Positions 1-11,011 of a stretch of 64,000 bases of DNA are shown here, one piece after another (positions within the stretch are counted from its first letter, which is position 1; the number at the start of each line of letters is the position of its first letter). The stretch covers positions 23,850 to 87,849 of the forward strand of contig JAGVEX010000006.1 in assembly GCA_020057885.1 (NCBI GenBank), read 5' to 3'. The notes below the pieces were generated by a model. The model saw nothing but the letters and a program-made list of their open reading frames with translations, was not told the DNA's origin and made no database searches. The DNA comes from a bacterium. GTDB taxonomy: Bacteria > Patescibacteriota > Patescibacteriia > Veblenbacterales > UBA10138. A program made the position numbers and the translations under genes.

Positions 1-2
1 TT

Positions 3-668
3 TTGGACGTTAAATTTAAAGACCAAGATTTATTGCGGCAGTCTTTGGTGCATCGTTCTTATTTAAATGAGAATCCTGGTTTTCCCTTACCCCATAATGA
101 AAGATTGGAATTTTTAGGTGACGCTGTACTGGAATTAGTAGTTACAGAATATTTATATCAACATTATCCTAATCCCGAAGGCGAGCTTACCAACTGGCGT
201 GCGGCTTTGGTAAACGCCATTATGCTTTCCGGCATCGCCGCTGGTTTGGGGCTGGAGGATTATCTTTATTTATCCCGCGGTGAGGCTAAAGATAGCGGTA
301 GTAAAGCGCGACAGTACATTTTAGCTAATGCCATAGAAGCTGTGATAGGCGCTATCTATTTAGATCAGGGCATGGCGGCAACTGCCAAGTTTATTCATCA
401 GTGCGTAATTTCCAAATTTCCCGAGGTGTTAAAACAAAAATCTTATCTTGATCCTAAAAGCCGTTTTCAGGAATTGGCGCAGGAGATTTATGGCATTACC
501 CCGAGCTATTTGGTGCTAGATGAGCACGGGCCGGATCACGCTAAAGAATTTAAAGTCGGGCTTTATTTGGGTGAGGAATTAGTGACTGAGGGAGTGGGAT
601 CTTCTAAGCAAGAGGCCCAAGTAGCCGCCGCCGCCGAAGGCTTGAAAGTGAAAAAGTGGAATAATTAG
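3..668 (+). CDS. rnc: Ribonuclease III, N-terminally truncated by window edge
   Basis: RNase III signature ERLEFLGDAVLELVVTEYLY and C-terminal dsRBD-like segment; ORF open at window start. Confidence 0.85.
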   Translation: MDVKFKDQDLLRQSLVHRSYLNENPGFPLPHNERLEFLGDAVLELVVTEYLYQHYPNPEGELTNWRAALVNAIMLSGIAAGLGLEDYLYLSRGEAKDSGSKARQYILANAIEAVIGAIYLDQGMAATAKFIHQCVISKFPEVLKQKSYLDPKSRFQELAQEIYGITPSYLVLDEHGPDHAKEFKVGLYLGEELVTEGVGSSKQEAQVAAAAEGLKVKKWNN

Positions 669-792
669 AGAAATATAGTTTTTAAAAAATATTAGCGTCT
701 TGGACCATCTAATAAGGGTGGTTTTTGGGTAAATAAAAAAGCCCATCTTTTTAATGAAAATGGGCCGGATGAATCGCTACTTTATTATTTTT

Positions 793-1191
793 TTATGGCT
801 CAAATAAAGTACCATCTTTTAATCCTTGCGCAACACCGACGATTGAATAAATGATTACCCACCATACCAGGCTCAATACCACAGTCACAAATCCTTGATA
901 TAATATTGCTTTCCAGAAAAACCCTAATTCCATATTGGTCCACGTAAGGGCAATTATTATTACCCCAATAATATATGAAAGAAGTGAATAGAGAGCAGCA
1001 GAAGTATATTTTTTTAGGTAGGTAAGTAGTATAACAAGCATTGTTGGCCAGATTATTAATGCTAGGATATGGTATTTTATTTTTGTTTTTTTGTGAATTA
1101 GTCCACCATCTTTGACTGTGTTTGAGATGTAAAAATGGCCAATGATTTGAGAGATAATTACAGTGATAAATATAGTAATTATGGTTTTCAT
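793..1191 (-). CDS. Hypothetical integral membrane protein (4 predicted TM helices)
   Basis: Hydrophobic segments throughout; native AT-rich codon usage; flanked by hairpin terminator near 735-770. Confidence 0.4.
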   Translation of the reverse strand: MKTIITIFITVIISQIIGHFYISNTVKDGGLIHKKTKIKYHILALIIWPTMLVILLTYLKKYTSAALYSLLSYIIGVIIIALTWTNMELGFFWKAILYQGFVTVVLSLVWWVIIYSIVGVAQGLKDGTLFEP

Positions 1192-1356
1192 GATTTTAAC
1201 CCTCTTTTTTGTTTAACATTAGTTCACTATTTATTTGCTCAAACCTTACAGTAAATGATTATATTTGTCAATCGTTTGTGTTGGCAGAAAATTGGCTTTT
1301 GTTTATTTTTTCGTGTAAACTTAAGTAGTATCTGATTATATCTTTTTTATAGTTTC

Positions 1357-3951
1357 ATGTATCTTCAGAAATTAGAAATCCAAGGTTTTAAATCGTTTGC
1401 CAGTAAAACCACTTTAGAATTCAATCGCCAACTAACGGCGGTGGTTGGCCCCAATGGCTCAGGCAAGTCCAACATTGCCGATGCTATACGCTGGGTACTG
1501 GGTGAGCAATCTTTAAAACTTTTGCGTGGTAAGCGAGCGGAGGATGTAATTTTTGCCGGGAGCGATTTAAAGAGCCGTTTGGGCATGGCGGAAGTTTCGC
1601 TTTATTTAAATAATGAAGATGGCCAAGCGCCCATTGATTTTTCTGAAATTGTGGTGACTAGGCGGATATTCCGCGATGGTCAAAGTGAATATTTATTAAA
1701 CCAATCGCCTATTAGATTGCAGGATATTCAATTGCTTTTGGCGCGGGCGCATTTTGGTCAAAAAACTTATAGCGTTATTGGGCAGGGAATGATAGATTCC
1801 ATTCTTTTGGCCAGCCCAGCCGAACGCAAAGAATTTTTTGAAGAGGCCACTGGGGTTAAACAGTATCAAATCAAGCGCGACCAAGCTATTCAAAAACTTA
1901 CTACCACTTACGAAAATTTAGAGCAAGCCGAAGCAGTAGTGCAAGAAATTGAACCACGTTTGCGTGCCTTAACCAGGCAGGTAAAACGTTTGGAGCGTCG
2001 CGAAGAATTAGAGCGAGAGCTTAGGGAGATGCAAAAGCTTTATTTTAGAGCGCGTTTTTTTGAGCTCGAAGGCAGGCGGCAAGAAGTTAAAATTAAGACA
2101 GATGAACACAGCGAACAATTAGTTAAACAAAAAAAAGTTACTCGTGAGCTTGAATCTAAATTAAAAGAATTAGAGGGCGCTGAGCTTGTCTCAAAACATT
2201 GGCATGAGCTGCAAGCCAAACAGACCGAATTGAGAAACAAATTATCACGTTTAGTTAAAGAGCAGGCCGTGGCGCAGGCTGAGGAAGAGGTTGGTCATAT
2301 AAAACGAGGTGAGGGCGAAGTAGCTTGGATTAAACAGCGTTTGGCCGAAATTGAGGTTGAGCAAAAAAATTTGGAGGCACGCGCTAAAGCTATTGCTGGC
2401 GAGTTAACTAACAAGCAAGATTCTTTGCAAAATAAATTGGCTGAGCAAGCTAAGGTAGTGGAAGGTTTTGACCGCTTAACAGGCGAAAGCGGCGATAAAT
2501 GGTTAATAAAGGAAATTAATAGTTTGGCGCAGGAGCAAAGTGAATTTCGTCGCCATTTGGTTCAAATAAAAAATTTAACAGAAGTGCAAAGTATGGCTGA
2601 ACGCGCTTCGACTATTGAAGATAGGCTACGCAGCCTGCTTAAACGTTTGGAGCAAGGGGGAAGGCTTTCCACTGAAGAACTTAATCGGGCTTTGTTAGAG
2701 CGTGATACTTTGGTTAATGAAGTAGCTAGCTTGCAGGCCGGCCTTAAATCATTACAACACGAGCAAATTAATTTAATTGAATCACAAAATCGCCTTAAAG
2801 AAACCAGGGTAAAAATAGAGCATTCACTTAGTGGTACAGCCAAGTCAAACAGTTCGCACTTGCCAGAAATTTCAAAAAATATTATTGAGGCTGAGAAAGA
2901 GCTTAATCAAACAGAGCACGAGCTAAATTCTTTTCAAGCGCAAGCCGAAACTCGCAAAGCGGAATTTTTTAGTATTCAGCGCGAACTTACCGCCACCACT
3001 GGTGCCGAACGCCGATTGGAGCAGGAGACGCACGAAATAACAGTCGAACTTGCTCGCTTAGAAACAAAATTAGAAGATTTAGAGCGCGAAATGGCACAGG
3101 AAGTGCCCTCTGAATTGGTGCACGAAATTAAGACCCCAGGAACCGTTACCGCCATTGATGAAGGTGGTGTGGCGCTGGAGCTCCAAAAACTTAAACACCA
3201 ATTAGAGTTAACTGGTGGTATTGAACCTGAGGTGGTAACAGAGTATCAGCAAACCAAAACACGCTATGATTTTATTAATAACCAGCTGACAGATTTAAAA
3301 ACAGCCATCGGCTCGTTGGAAAGTGTTATTCGAGATTTAGATGAAACTATTCAGAAGAAATTTTTATTGAGTTTTAAAGCAATTAATGAAAAGTTTAGTA
3401 AATATTTCCAGCTTTTATTTAGCGGTGGCAAGGCGCAGTTGGTACTGCAAAAAGAGGAGCCTAAAAAAGAACCGGAAGAAGTTGAGGAGGGGGCGGAGTT
3501 GGCTGAAGACGAAGAAGTGCCTAAACTTGGTATAAAAGATAAGTTTTTGCAACAAGAGCGGCTGAGAGCCTCGCTTTTTTCCGGAGTGGAAATGAGCGCT
3601 ACGCCGCCAGGCAAAAAACTTTCTTCTATTAACGCTCTTTCGGGCGGCGAAAAAGCCCTTACTTCTATTGCGCTTATTTGTTCAATTATTTCTAATAACC
3701 CTTCACCTTTTGTTGCGCTGGATGAAGTTGATGCCGCTTTAGACGAAGCTAACTCCGAACGTTTTGCCGCTATTTTAGATTCATTAATGAGTGAAACGCA
3801 ATTTATTACTATTACCCATAACCGAGCTACTATGAAAAAAGCCGCTATTCTTTATGGTGTAACTATGGGCGAAGATGGCGTTTCTAAACTTTTGTCAGTT
3901 AAATTGGACGAAGCCAAAGAAATGGTGGGTACTTCAAAAAAACGCGTTTAG
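1357..3951 (+). CDS. smc: Chromosome segregation SMC-family ATPase (short, 864 aa)
   Basis: N-terminal Walker A FKSFA..VVGPNGSGKSNIADAIRWVLGEQS; long coiled-coil; C-terminal ABC signature LSGGEKALTSIAL and Walker B ALDEVDAALD. Confidence 0.8.
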   Translation: MYLQKLEIQGFKSFASKTTLEFNRQLTAVVGPNGSGKSNIADAIRWVLGEQSLKLLRGKRAEDVIFAGSDLKSRLGMAEVSLYLNNEDGQAPIDFSEIVVTRRIFRDGQSEYLLNQSPIRLQDIQLLLARAHFGQKTYSVIGQGMIDSILLASPAERKEFFEEATGVKQYQIKRDQAIQKLTTTYENLEQAEAVVQEIEPRLRALTRQVKRLERREELERELREMQKLYFRARFFELEGRRQEVKIKTDEHSEQLVKQKKVTRELESKLKELEGAELVSKHWHELQAKQTELRNKLSRLVKEQAVAQAEEEVGHIKRGEGEVAWIKQRLAEIEVEQKNLEARAKAIAGELTNKQDSLQNKLAEQAKVVEGFDRLTGESGDKWLIKEINSLAQEQSEFRRHLVQIKNLTEVQSMAERASTIEDRLRSLLKRLEQGGRLSTEELNRALLERDTLVNEVASLQAGLKSLQHEQINLIESQNRLKETRVKIEHSLSGTAKSNSSHLPEISKNIIEAEKELNQTEHELNSFQAQAETRKAEFFSIQRELTATTGAERRLEQETHEITVELARLETKLEDLEREMAQEVPSELVHEIKTPGTVTAIDEGGVALELQKLKHQLELTGGIEPEVVTEYQQTKTRYDFINNQLTDLKTAIGSLESVIRDLDETIQKKFLLSFKAINEKFSKYFQLLFSGGKAQLVLQKEEPKKEPEEVEEGAELAEDEEVPKLGIKDKFLQQERLRASLFSGVEMSATPPGKKLSSINALSGGEKALTSIALICSIISNNPSPFVALDEVDAALDEANSERFAAILDSLMSETQFITITHNRATMKKAAILYGVTMGEDGVSKLLSVKLDEAKEMVGTSKKRV

Positions 3952-3974
3952 TTTTTAATAAGGAATAACCGCAT

Positions 3975-4301
3975 ATGGATATAAATAAACTTGAGATTGT
4001 TGTACGCCGTTCGCGAAAATTGTTTGTAATCAGTCTAGTATTGATGTTTTTAACCCTTCTTATCGCAGTAGTAGCGAATTCTATTTCATTGCCACCACCA
4101 GGCAATGAGCCGGCTTCATCTCAGTTCTATCAGATGGTTAGTGGTATTAGTTCCAGTGTAACGATTATACTTTATGTGAGCATTGTTTGTACGGCAGTAT
4201 TTTTCGTTGTTCTTGTTTCTAGTAGTATGATTTTAGGTTCTAGACGTAAGAAGCAACACCCAATGCAACCACCTACACCACCTTCCTCGTCCAATATTTA
4301 G
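3975..4301 (+). CDS. Hypothetical small membrane protein with Pro-rich tail
   Basis: Two hydrophobic segments; no recognisable family; sits between smc and the rpsP promoter. Confidence 0.3.
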   Translation: MDINKLEIVVRRSRKLFVISLVLMFLTLLIAVVANSISLPPPGNEPASSQFYQMVSGISSSVTIILYVSIVCTAVFFVVLVSSSMILGSRRKKQHPMQPPTPPSSSNI

Positions 4302-4314
4302 TTTTAACAATCCC

Positions 4315-4343
4315 TTGACATAAATTTATTTTCGAGTTAATAT
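4315..4343 (+). promoter_or_regulatory. Sigma70-like promoter TTGACA-17-TAATAT upstream of rpsP
   Basis: Exact -35 hexamer and 17-nt spacer read directly from sequence. Confidence 0.4.
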
Positions 4344-4385
4344 CATTTTACGTTTTAATTAGTATTTATTCTATCCAATATTGTT

Positions 4386-4715
4386 ATGTTAGTTATCCGT
4401 TTAGCACGTATCGGTAAAAAGAAACAGGCTTATTTCCGCTTGATTGTATCGGAAAAAACCAAAGATACTCAAGGTGATTATTTGGAATTATTAGGCCAAG
4501 TAAATCCACACACCAATCCCCGCCAAATTACTTTAAAGGCGGATCGGATAAAGTATTGGTTAGAGCACGGAGCCACAGTTTCGCCCTCAGTGCATAATAT
4601 TTTAATTGAGCAAGGTGTATTAAAGGGCGATAAATTACGCGTGTGGAAGGCAAAAAAAGTTGAGAAAACAGAAGTCGCGGCGCAACCTGCCGCACCAGCT
4701 ACGCCAGCCGCTTAA
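4386..4715 (+). CDS. rpsP: 30S ribosomal protein S16
   Basis: MLVIRLARIGKKKQAYFRLIVSEKTKDTQGDYLELLGQVNPHTNP is the canonical S16 N-terminus; Ala/Pro-rich C-terminal extension. Confidence 0.9.
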   Translation: MLVIRLARIGKKKQAYFRLIVSEKTKDTQGDYLELLGQVNPHTNPRQITLKADRIKYWLEHGATVSPSVHNILIEQGVLKGDKLRVWKAKKVEKTEVAAQPAAPATPAA

Positions 4716-4903
4716 TGAATTTTTAGGGGCGCGGTTAGTGTATTAACATTTAACGTTTAACTAACAGGAACAGTTGTAAGTAATTAATTACTTTTGCGGA
4801 CAAAAGGTCGAGCACATTAACATTCTTCGCAAAATCATAAAACTTAAAACTATTTTCCTATTAGAAACGAAATTATCACAGTTAATTATTTATTACCACA
4901 CAC

Positions 4904-5263
4904 ATGAGCGAATCTATACCGAAGGACCAAGAGTTCATTGACTACGTCGTGAAAGCTTTGGTCGATCATTCAGATGATGTAAAAACCGAACGCACGGTTG
5001 ACGAAATGGGAGTACTTATTACTCTACACGTCAATCCGGAAGACATGGGTCAGGTAATTGGCCGCTCTGGTCAAACCGCCCGCAGTTTAAGAACATTACT
5101 ACGCGTCGTTGGTGCGAAGAACAATGCTCGCGTGAACTTGAAGATTTACGAACCAGAAGGAAGCCAAGGCCCTCGTCGCCCACGCTTTGAGCGTGAGTCT
5201 ATGCATGGCACTGGTCCTGTCGGTACTGCCGACACCTCCATGGTAGATGATCTCAAGATATAA
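4904..5263 (+). CDS. KH-domain RNA-binding protein (YlqC/UPF0109-like) with C-terminal extension
   Basis: VKALVDHSDDV...GVLITLHVNPEDMGQVIGRSGQTARSLRTLLRVVG matches the KH fold protein usually encoded after rpsP; C-ending-rich codons atypical for this genome. Confidence 0.7.
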   Translation: MSESIPKDQEFIDYVVKALVDHSDDVKTERTVDEMGVLITLHVNPEDMGQVIGRSGQTARSLRTLLRVVGAKNNARVNLKIYEPEGSQGPRRPRFERESMHGTGPVGTADTSMVDDLKI

Positions 5264-5273
5264 TATCTAAAAT

Positions 5274-5307
5274 TAAAACCACCCCGCCATTCGGCGGGGT
5301 GATTTTG
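5274..5307. terminator. Bidirectional rho-independent terminator hairpin between convergent genes
   Basis: AAAACCACCCCGCC-attc-GGCGGGGTGATTTTG; near-identical hairpin sequence recurs at 16063-16096. Confidence 0.5.
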
Positions 5308-5314
5308 TATTCGT

Positions 5315-6154
5315 TTATTTTTGTAAATGGAAGAATTTGTGGCAGAATTTTTTATATGCTTCTGCTCTAGTTTGATTATGTGAGATGGTAATTCTTACTC
5401 GATGGTTCTGTTTGAGAATGACTGTAAGGCGCGCATTAGCTTCACTATTCCATAGGGCGATCCGTTGATAAAAATTATCAATTGCATTCGACATTTTTTT
5501 ATCGAGCCAGACTTCAATCAACACATTGCCGAATACATTCAGATAATAGTTATTATTTTTAAAGCGTGGCTGTGAAAGTGGGTGATACTGACTGCATTCG
5601 CCGTCAAAGTATTGGCGTACATGTCGGTCGAGTGGAGTATTATGACCAGCGAGTAGTAAAAATTGTTTTCCTCGGGATGTTATTGTTCGAATGACTTCTG
5701 TTTCATTCTCATGTCGTGCCAGCAGAAACCATTCATGAGGATTGTAAAGGTACACCGGTTCTGAAGCAGGAGCGTGTTCAGCGAGCAAATAGAATGCATG
5801 GGTCCAAAATACATCGGCCTTTAACGGGTTTGCAAAATGGTATGTAATGCGGTCGCCAGGGGAAAGGTTAGTAACATCGTCTCCAGCAACTTCACCACCC
5901 GCATAGTTGCGCTTGGCGTTAACAATAAACCGTGTGAGTCGATTAAGCCAGGTGGCGTTTAGGGCCGCGGTACCTTTGTACATCACAACTTCCTCACGAG
6001 ATTTTTGCTGCCTGAGTGCAGAATACACCGCCTGTTTTGTAGTATGGCGCCGTAAATGCTGAATTTCCTCTACTAGCTTAATGGCTAGTAGGGGGCCTTT
6101 TGCTAGTCGCTCAACTATTAAATCCTCAATTTTTCTTGGTTTGAGTAGTGACAT
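5315..6154 (-). CDS. Hypothetical protein with N-terminal winged-helix-like domain and about 200 aa C-terminal domain of unknown family
   Basis: 279-aa ORF, Trp/His-rich, codon usage (CTA, CTC, ACA, CGA, TAC) unlike neighbouring core genes; N-terminal 60 aa resemble a wHTH; no family recognised by eye. Confidence 0.5.
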   Translation of the reverse strand: MSLLKPRKIEDLIVERLAKGPLLAIKLVEEIQHLRRHTTKQAVYSALRQQKSREEVVMYKGTAALNATWLNRLTRFIVNAKRNYAGGEVAGDDVTNLSPGDRITYHFANPLKADVFWTHAFYLLAEHAPASEPVYLYNPHEWFLLARHENETEVIRTITSRGKQFLLLAGHNTPLDRHVRQYFDGECSQYHPLSQPRFKNNNYYLNVFGNVLIEVWLDKKMSNAIDNFYQRIALWNSEANARLTVILKQNHRVRITISHNQTRAEAYKKFCHKFFHLQK

Positions 6155-6292
6155 AGTATAGTATTCCAGTAAAATATTTTTTTACTAATAAACCAATTAT
6201 AGCGTATTTATTGCCATTTGTCCAGCCCCAAAGTAGCCTGCATGGTTAAAACAAAAATAACTATCTTTAAAAAATTAATAAAGGAGAATACA

Positions 6293-7090
6293 GTGAAAAG
6301 ACTCATAATTATTAATGGCGTCACAGGCGCCTTGGGCAGCGCCTGCCTTGCTCTCTGCAGTCGCAATCCAGAAAATACAATTTATGGATGGAGTCGTAAA
6401 GGATTGCCCTATATGGATTTCCTAGTGTCAGGAATTATGCCCGATGTAACTTTAATTTGTTCCGTAGGCAAAGAAGATTTGAAAGGTTATCACATGCTCT
6501 TGGATAGAATTAATTTCTCGTTGTATGAGAAAGTAATCTATATCCATGCCCTAGGAGTATATCCCTTTGAAATTAGTCCAGAAGGAACAATTACGGTTAC
6601 TGACGACCACGATAAGGATGGTATCAATGACCTTGTCACTAAACTGTCCCACGACTTTTTCTTGAGCGTGCTGAATAAGCTTATTAAGAAAAGTGCCAGG
6701 GTGCAGGCTTTGATTTTCGGTGGACTGGTTGATAAGCATGAGCCGTTAGTTCATCAATCATGGTGGAAAACCATGAAGAAAATTAAGGCGCGATGTATTG
6801 AGGTTGTGTCTAAAAACAAAAAAGTTAGCGTTATGGTGCTTAATATCAGTAGTGTTATTTGTCCTAATGAGCTGATCACTCGGCCATTCGTCTTTAGGGA
6901 TACCGACGCTAAGTCTTGTTTTTGGCTAATGCCGCACGAGGTCGCGGAAGAGGTAGATCGTCTGACCACTGGTGACTCTCAAGGTTTTTACGAGTGCGAG
7001 TTATTTCATCCATCAGGGTACTATCGACCAGGGTACTATGCGGATGAAAATTTCACTGTGCGAAAAAAACGGGAGCTGGGTATTCTATAG
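6293..7090 (+). CDS. Hypothetical Rossmann-like (SDR-like) protein
   Basis: GTG start 6 nt after AAGGAG; N-terminal KRLIIINGVTGALGSACLAL resembles a dinucleotide-binding glycine motif; atypical codon usage; the ORF track extends upstream to 6218. Confidence 0.5.
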   Translation: MKRLIIINGVTGALGSACLALCSRNPENTIYGWSRKGLPYMDFLVSGIMPDVTLICSVGKEDLKGYHMLLDRINFSLYEKVIYIHALGVYPFEISPEGTITVTDDHDKDGINDLVTKLSHDFFLSVLNKLIKKSARVQALIFGGLVDKHEPLVHQSWWKTMKKIKARCIEVVSKNKKVSVMVLNISSVICPNELITRPFVFRDTDAKSCFWLMPHEVAEEVDRLTTGDSQGFYECELFHPSGYYRPGYYADENFTVRKKRELGIL

Positions 7091-7275
7091 GAAAAATCCA
7101 AACAAAGTGTGCTGAAAAATAGTAGCGCCTCTGGTTAGGTGGGTTGCTTCCCGCCTGAAACTGAAAACTGTCGTGAGATAGTCAATAAGCAAAAAATAAA
7201 AGTCAGTCGCTATAATCGTAACTGACTTTTTTATTATTGAAAAAATTACTACTATGTGTTAACGTATTAATGTTT

Positions 7276-7974
7276 ATGAAACATTTTGATATTATTTCCA
7301 TTTTTCCAAATTCGCTTGATTCGTACTTTAGTACGAGTATTTTAAAGCGCGCGCAAGAAAAGAAACTTATTAAAATTCAAACACATGATTTGCGGAAATA
7401 TTCCACTGATAAGCACCACAAAGTTGACGACCGTGTGTATGGCGGTGGGGCGGGAATGGTGATGAAAGTTGAACCTATCGTTCGTGCGTTGCACGAAATC
7501 AAATTTAAAAATCCCTGCCTTGCCGGCAGGCAGGAAAAATCAAAAATTAAAATTAAAGAACGAATTATTTTACTTGCGGCGAATGGGAAGCAATTTACCC
7601 AAAAAGACGCCAAGCGGCTAGCCAAGTATGAACGTTTAATTTTTATCTGCGGTCGGTACGAAGGCGTGGATGCACGCGTGGAAAAATTTATTGATGAAAA
7701 AATTTCAATAGGTAATTATGTCGTAACCGGCGGTGAACTTCCAGCGGCAATTATTATTGATGCCGTGTCACGCATGATCCCTGGCGTGGTAGGCAAAGAA
7801 GAGTCGGTGCAGAACGAATCTTTTTCTGAAGGAGTTAATTTGGAGCATCCGCAGTATACTCGCCCTGAGGTTTTTGTGGCAGGTAAAAAAAAGCTAATAG
7901 TCCCCAAAGTTTTACTAGGTGGAAATCACAGGAATATAGCCGTCTGGCGAGCAAAGAAATCAAAAGGTAAATAA
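7276..7974 (+). CDS. trmD: tRNA (guanine37-N1)-methyltransferase
   Basis: MKHFDIISIFP...VDDRVYGGGAGMVMKVEPI...LLAANGKQF...IFICGRYEGVDARV...GNYVVTGGELPAAIIIDAVSR: TrmD motifs; the ORF track starts at an upstream TTG, and ATG 7276 is more likely. Confidence 0.85.
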   Translation: MKHFDIISIFPNSLDSYFSTSILKRAQEKKLIKIQTHDLRKYSTDKHHKVDDRVYGGGAGMVMKVEPIVRALHEIKFKNPCLAGRQEKSKIKIKERIILLAANGKQFTQKDAKRLAKYERLIFICGRYEGVDARVEKFIDEKISIGNYVVTGGELPAAIIIDAVSRMIPGVVGKEESVQNESFSEGVNLEHPQYTRPEVFVAGKKKLIVPKVLLGGNHRNIAVWRAKKSKGK

Positions 7975-8023
7975 TAAAGGCGTATCGTAATTGATGCGCC
8001 TTTTTCTGTAATGTAAGTTTGGA

Positions 8024-8524
8024 TTAATTTTTATGAAATCCGATGTGTTCCAAAAGTTGATATAATCTTTCGAGCCGATCATCTTTCTCACCCCTAAAAA
8101 CCCTTTGTAACGTCAATTGACCTCGTGCTAACACTTCAAAATTTATGGGTTTGATATTATTTTTTTGATTTTGACTTACTTTTGATAGATAAAGAGTAGC
8201 TTCTTCTACATACCAGCGAGTTACACCAGAGACATTTTCTTTGTATAGTTTGGCTTTTATTAATAATGAGGGGGAAAGAGCCTTGCCATAACCAAACCTG
8301 GTGGTTTTTATTATAACCGTGCGGTATGTGTAGTCTAATGTAGAATTATCATCCTCCTCTATATTGGGTAGAGTATAAAAATCAATTTCTCCTTCGTGAT
8401 TTGGCCAACATAAATTTGGAAGTTTATTTTCATTGAATTTATGTATAGCTAAATCTATTGAAGTTACAGTTTGAATAACAGCAACTGTAAAACTGTGTAT
8501 TTCTACTTTTTTATTTTTAGGCAT
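8024..8524 (-). CDS. Hypothetical protein
   Basis: ORF with plausible start MPKNKK after AGGGA; no recognisable family; lies between trmD and the rRNA promoter where rplS would be expected. Confidence 0.4.
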   Translation of the reverse strand: MPKNKKVEIHSFTVAVIQTVTSIDLAIHKFNENKLPNLCWPNHEGEIDFYTLPNIEEDDNSTLDYTYRTVIIKTTRFGYGKALSPSLLIKAKLYKENVSGVTRWYVEEATLYLSKVSQNQKNNIKPINFEVLARGQLTLQRVFRGEKDDRLERLYQLLEHIGFHKN

Positions 8525-8739
8525 AAACTTATCCCTGTTCCGCAAGCATCGCGCTTGCAATGTTGGTTTGACATCGCCGCCCTCACGGTGGCTATTTAGT
8601 TTTTTAGGTACTACTTTTGATTTTATATTAACTTAGTCCAAACTATAGTTTTTGTCAACAGAATGAGTGGTTGTTTGGAGGCAAAAAACCTCTAAAAAAG
8701 CGAAGATTTAAGCATGTTGTTAAGTTGTGGGTTAACCTC

Positions 8740-8768
8740 TTGACAAACCTAAACCCGGGGGTTATACT
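8740..8768 (+). promoter_or_regulatory. rRNA promoter TTGACA-17-TATACT about 330 nt upstream of 16S
   Basis: Perfect consensus -35 and near-perfect -10 with 17-nt spacer. Confidence 0.5.
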
Positions 8769-8918
8769 ACAGGAGCTTACTTTATAAGTAACTTTCAAAA
8801 CTGGCACATAAAATACTTCTCTATCAATTCGTTCGGAGGAGAAAAAACAGTGGTACTTGAGCTCAAAGCTCTCTAGTATCTCTGTTTTTTCTACGCCATA
8901 AATAGTGTAGAGAAAATT

Positions 8919-8931
8919 TGTTCTTTAATAA
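8919..8931 (+). promoter_or_regulatory. boxA-like antitermination element in rRNA leader
   Basis: TGTTCTTTAATAA versus the boxA consensus TGCTCTTTAACAA (2 mismatches), located in the leader between promoter and 16S. Confidence 0.3.
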
Positions 8932-9090
8932 GTGATAGGAAGAACCAAGTACGTCAGTTTCTATCTATGCGAATTTATTTTTGCATAAGATGATTGGTTT
9001 TAGGTTCTAGCAACACTTGCTGTGTTGCCTGTAACCTGGCTGTCCAATTTAAAAAACAGCCGAATTTATAGAGCCTTCAATACTCTAAAA

Positions 9091-10596
<1,506 letters not shown>

Positions 10597-10934
10597 AGGG
10601 AGTTTTCTCTAGGGTGGTTATACACTACCTTTAATTTTATTAAAGATGTCGTATGATCACTATAGGTCGTTTTATTCCATTTTTTGGGATAACTCCGGAA
10701 TTGACACCTCATTACCCGTAAGGGTTTATGTAGGTAGTATGAATTTCTTCCTCTCACTTATTAGAGAACAAAATAAAATCCAGCTTATTAAAAAGCTGGA
10801 TTTTGTATAATAGACTTGATTTACAAAATCTATTTTGCTACTATACGGGAGCGATTTTGGCTCGTATATAAATGGTAGTATTATTAAGCAGTTAGACTGC
10901 TTGCCATAAACTATTAGCCATTTGCTAAATTAGG

Positions 10935-11011
10935 GGGTGTGTAGCTCAGCTGGTTAGAGCACTTCACTGATAATGAAGAGGCCGATGGTTCGAGTCCATC
11001 CACACCCACCA
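10935..11011 (+). tRNA. tRNA-Ile (anticodon GAT) including encoded CCA
   Basis: GGGTGTGTAGCTCAGCTGGTTAGAGCACTTCACTGATAATGAAGAGGCCGATGGTTCGAGTCCATCCACACCCACCA folds as a cloverleaf; 7-bp acceptor stem GGGTGTG/CACACCC; anticodon loop CTGATAA. Confidence 0.9.
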
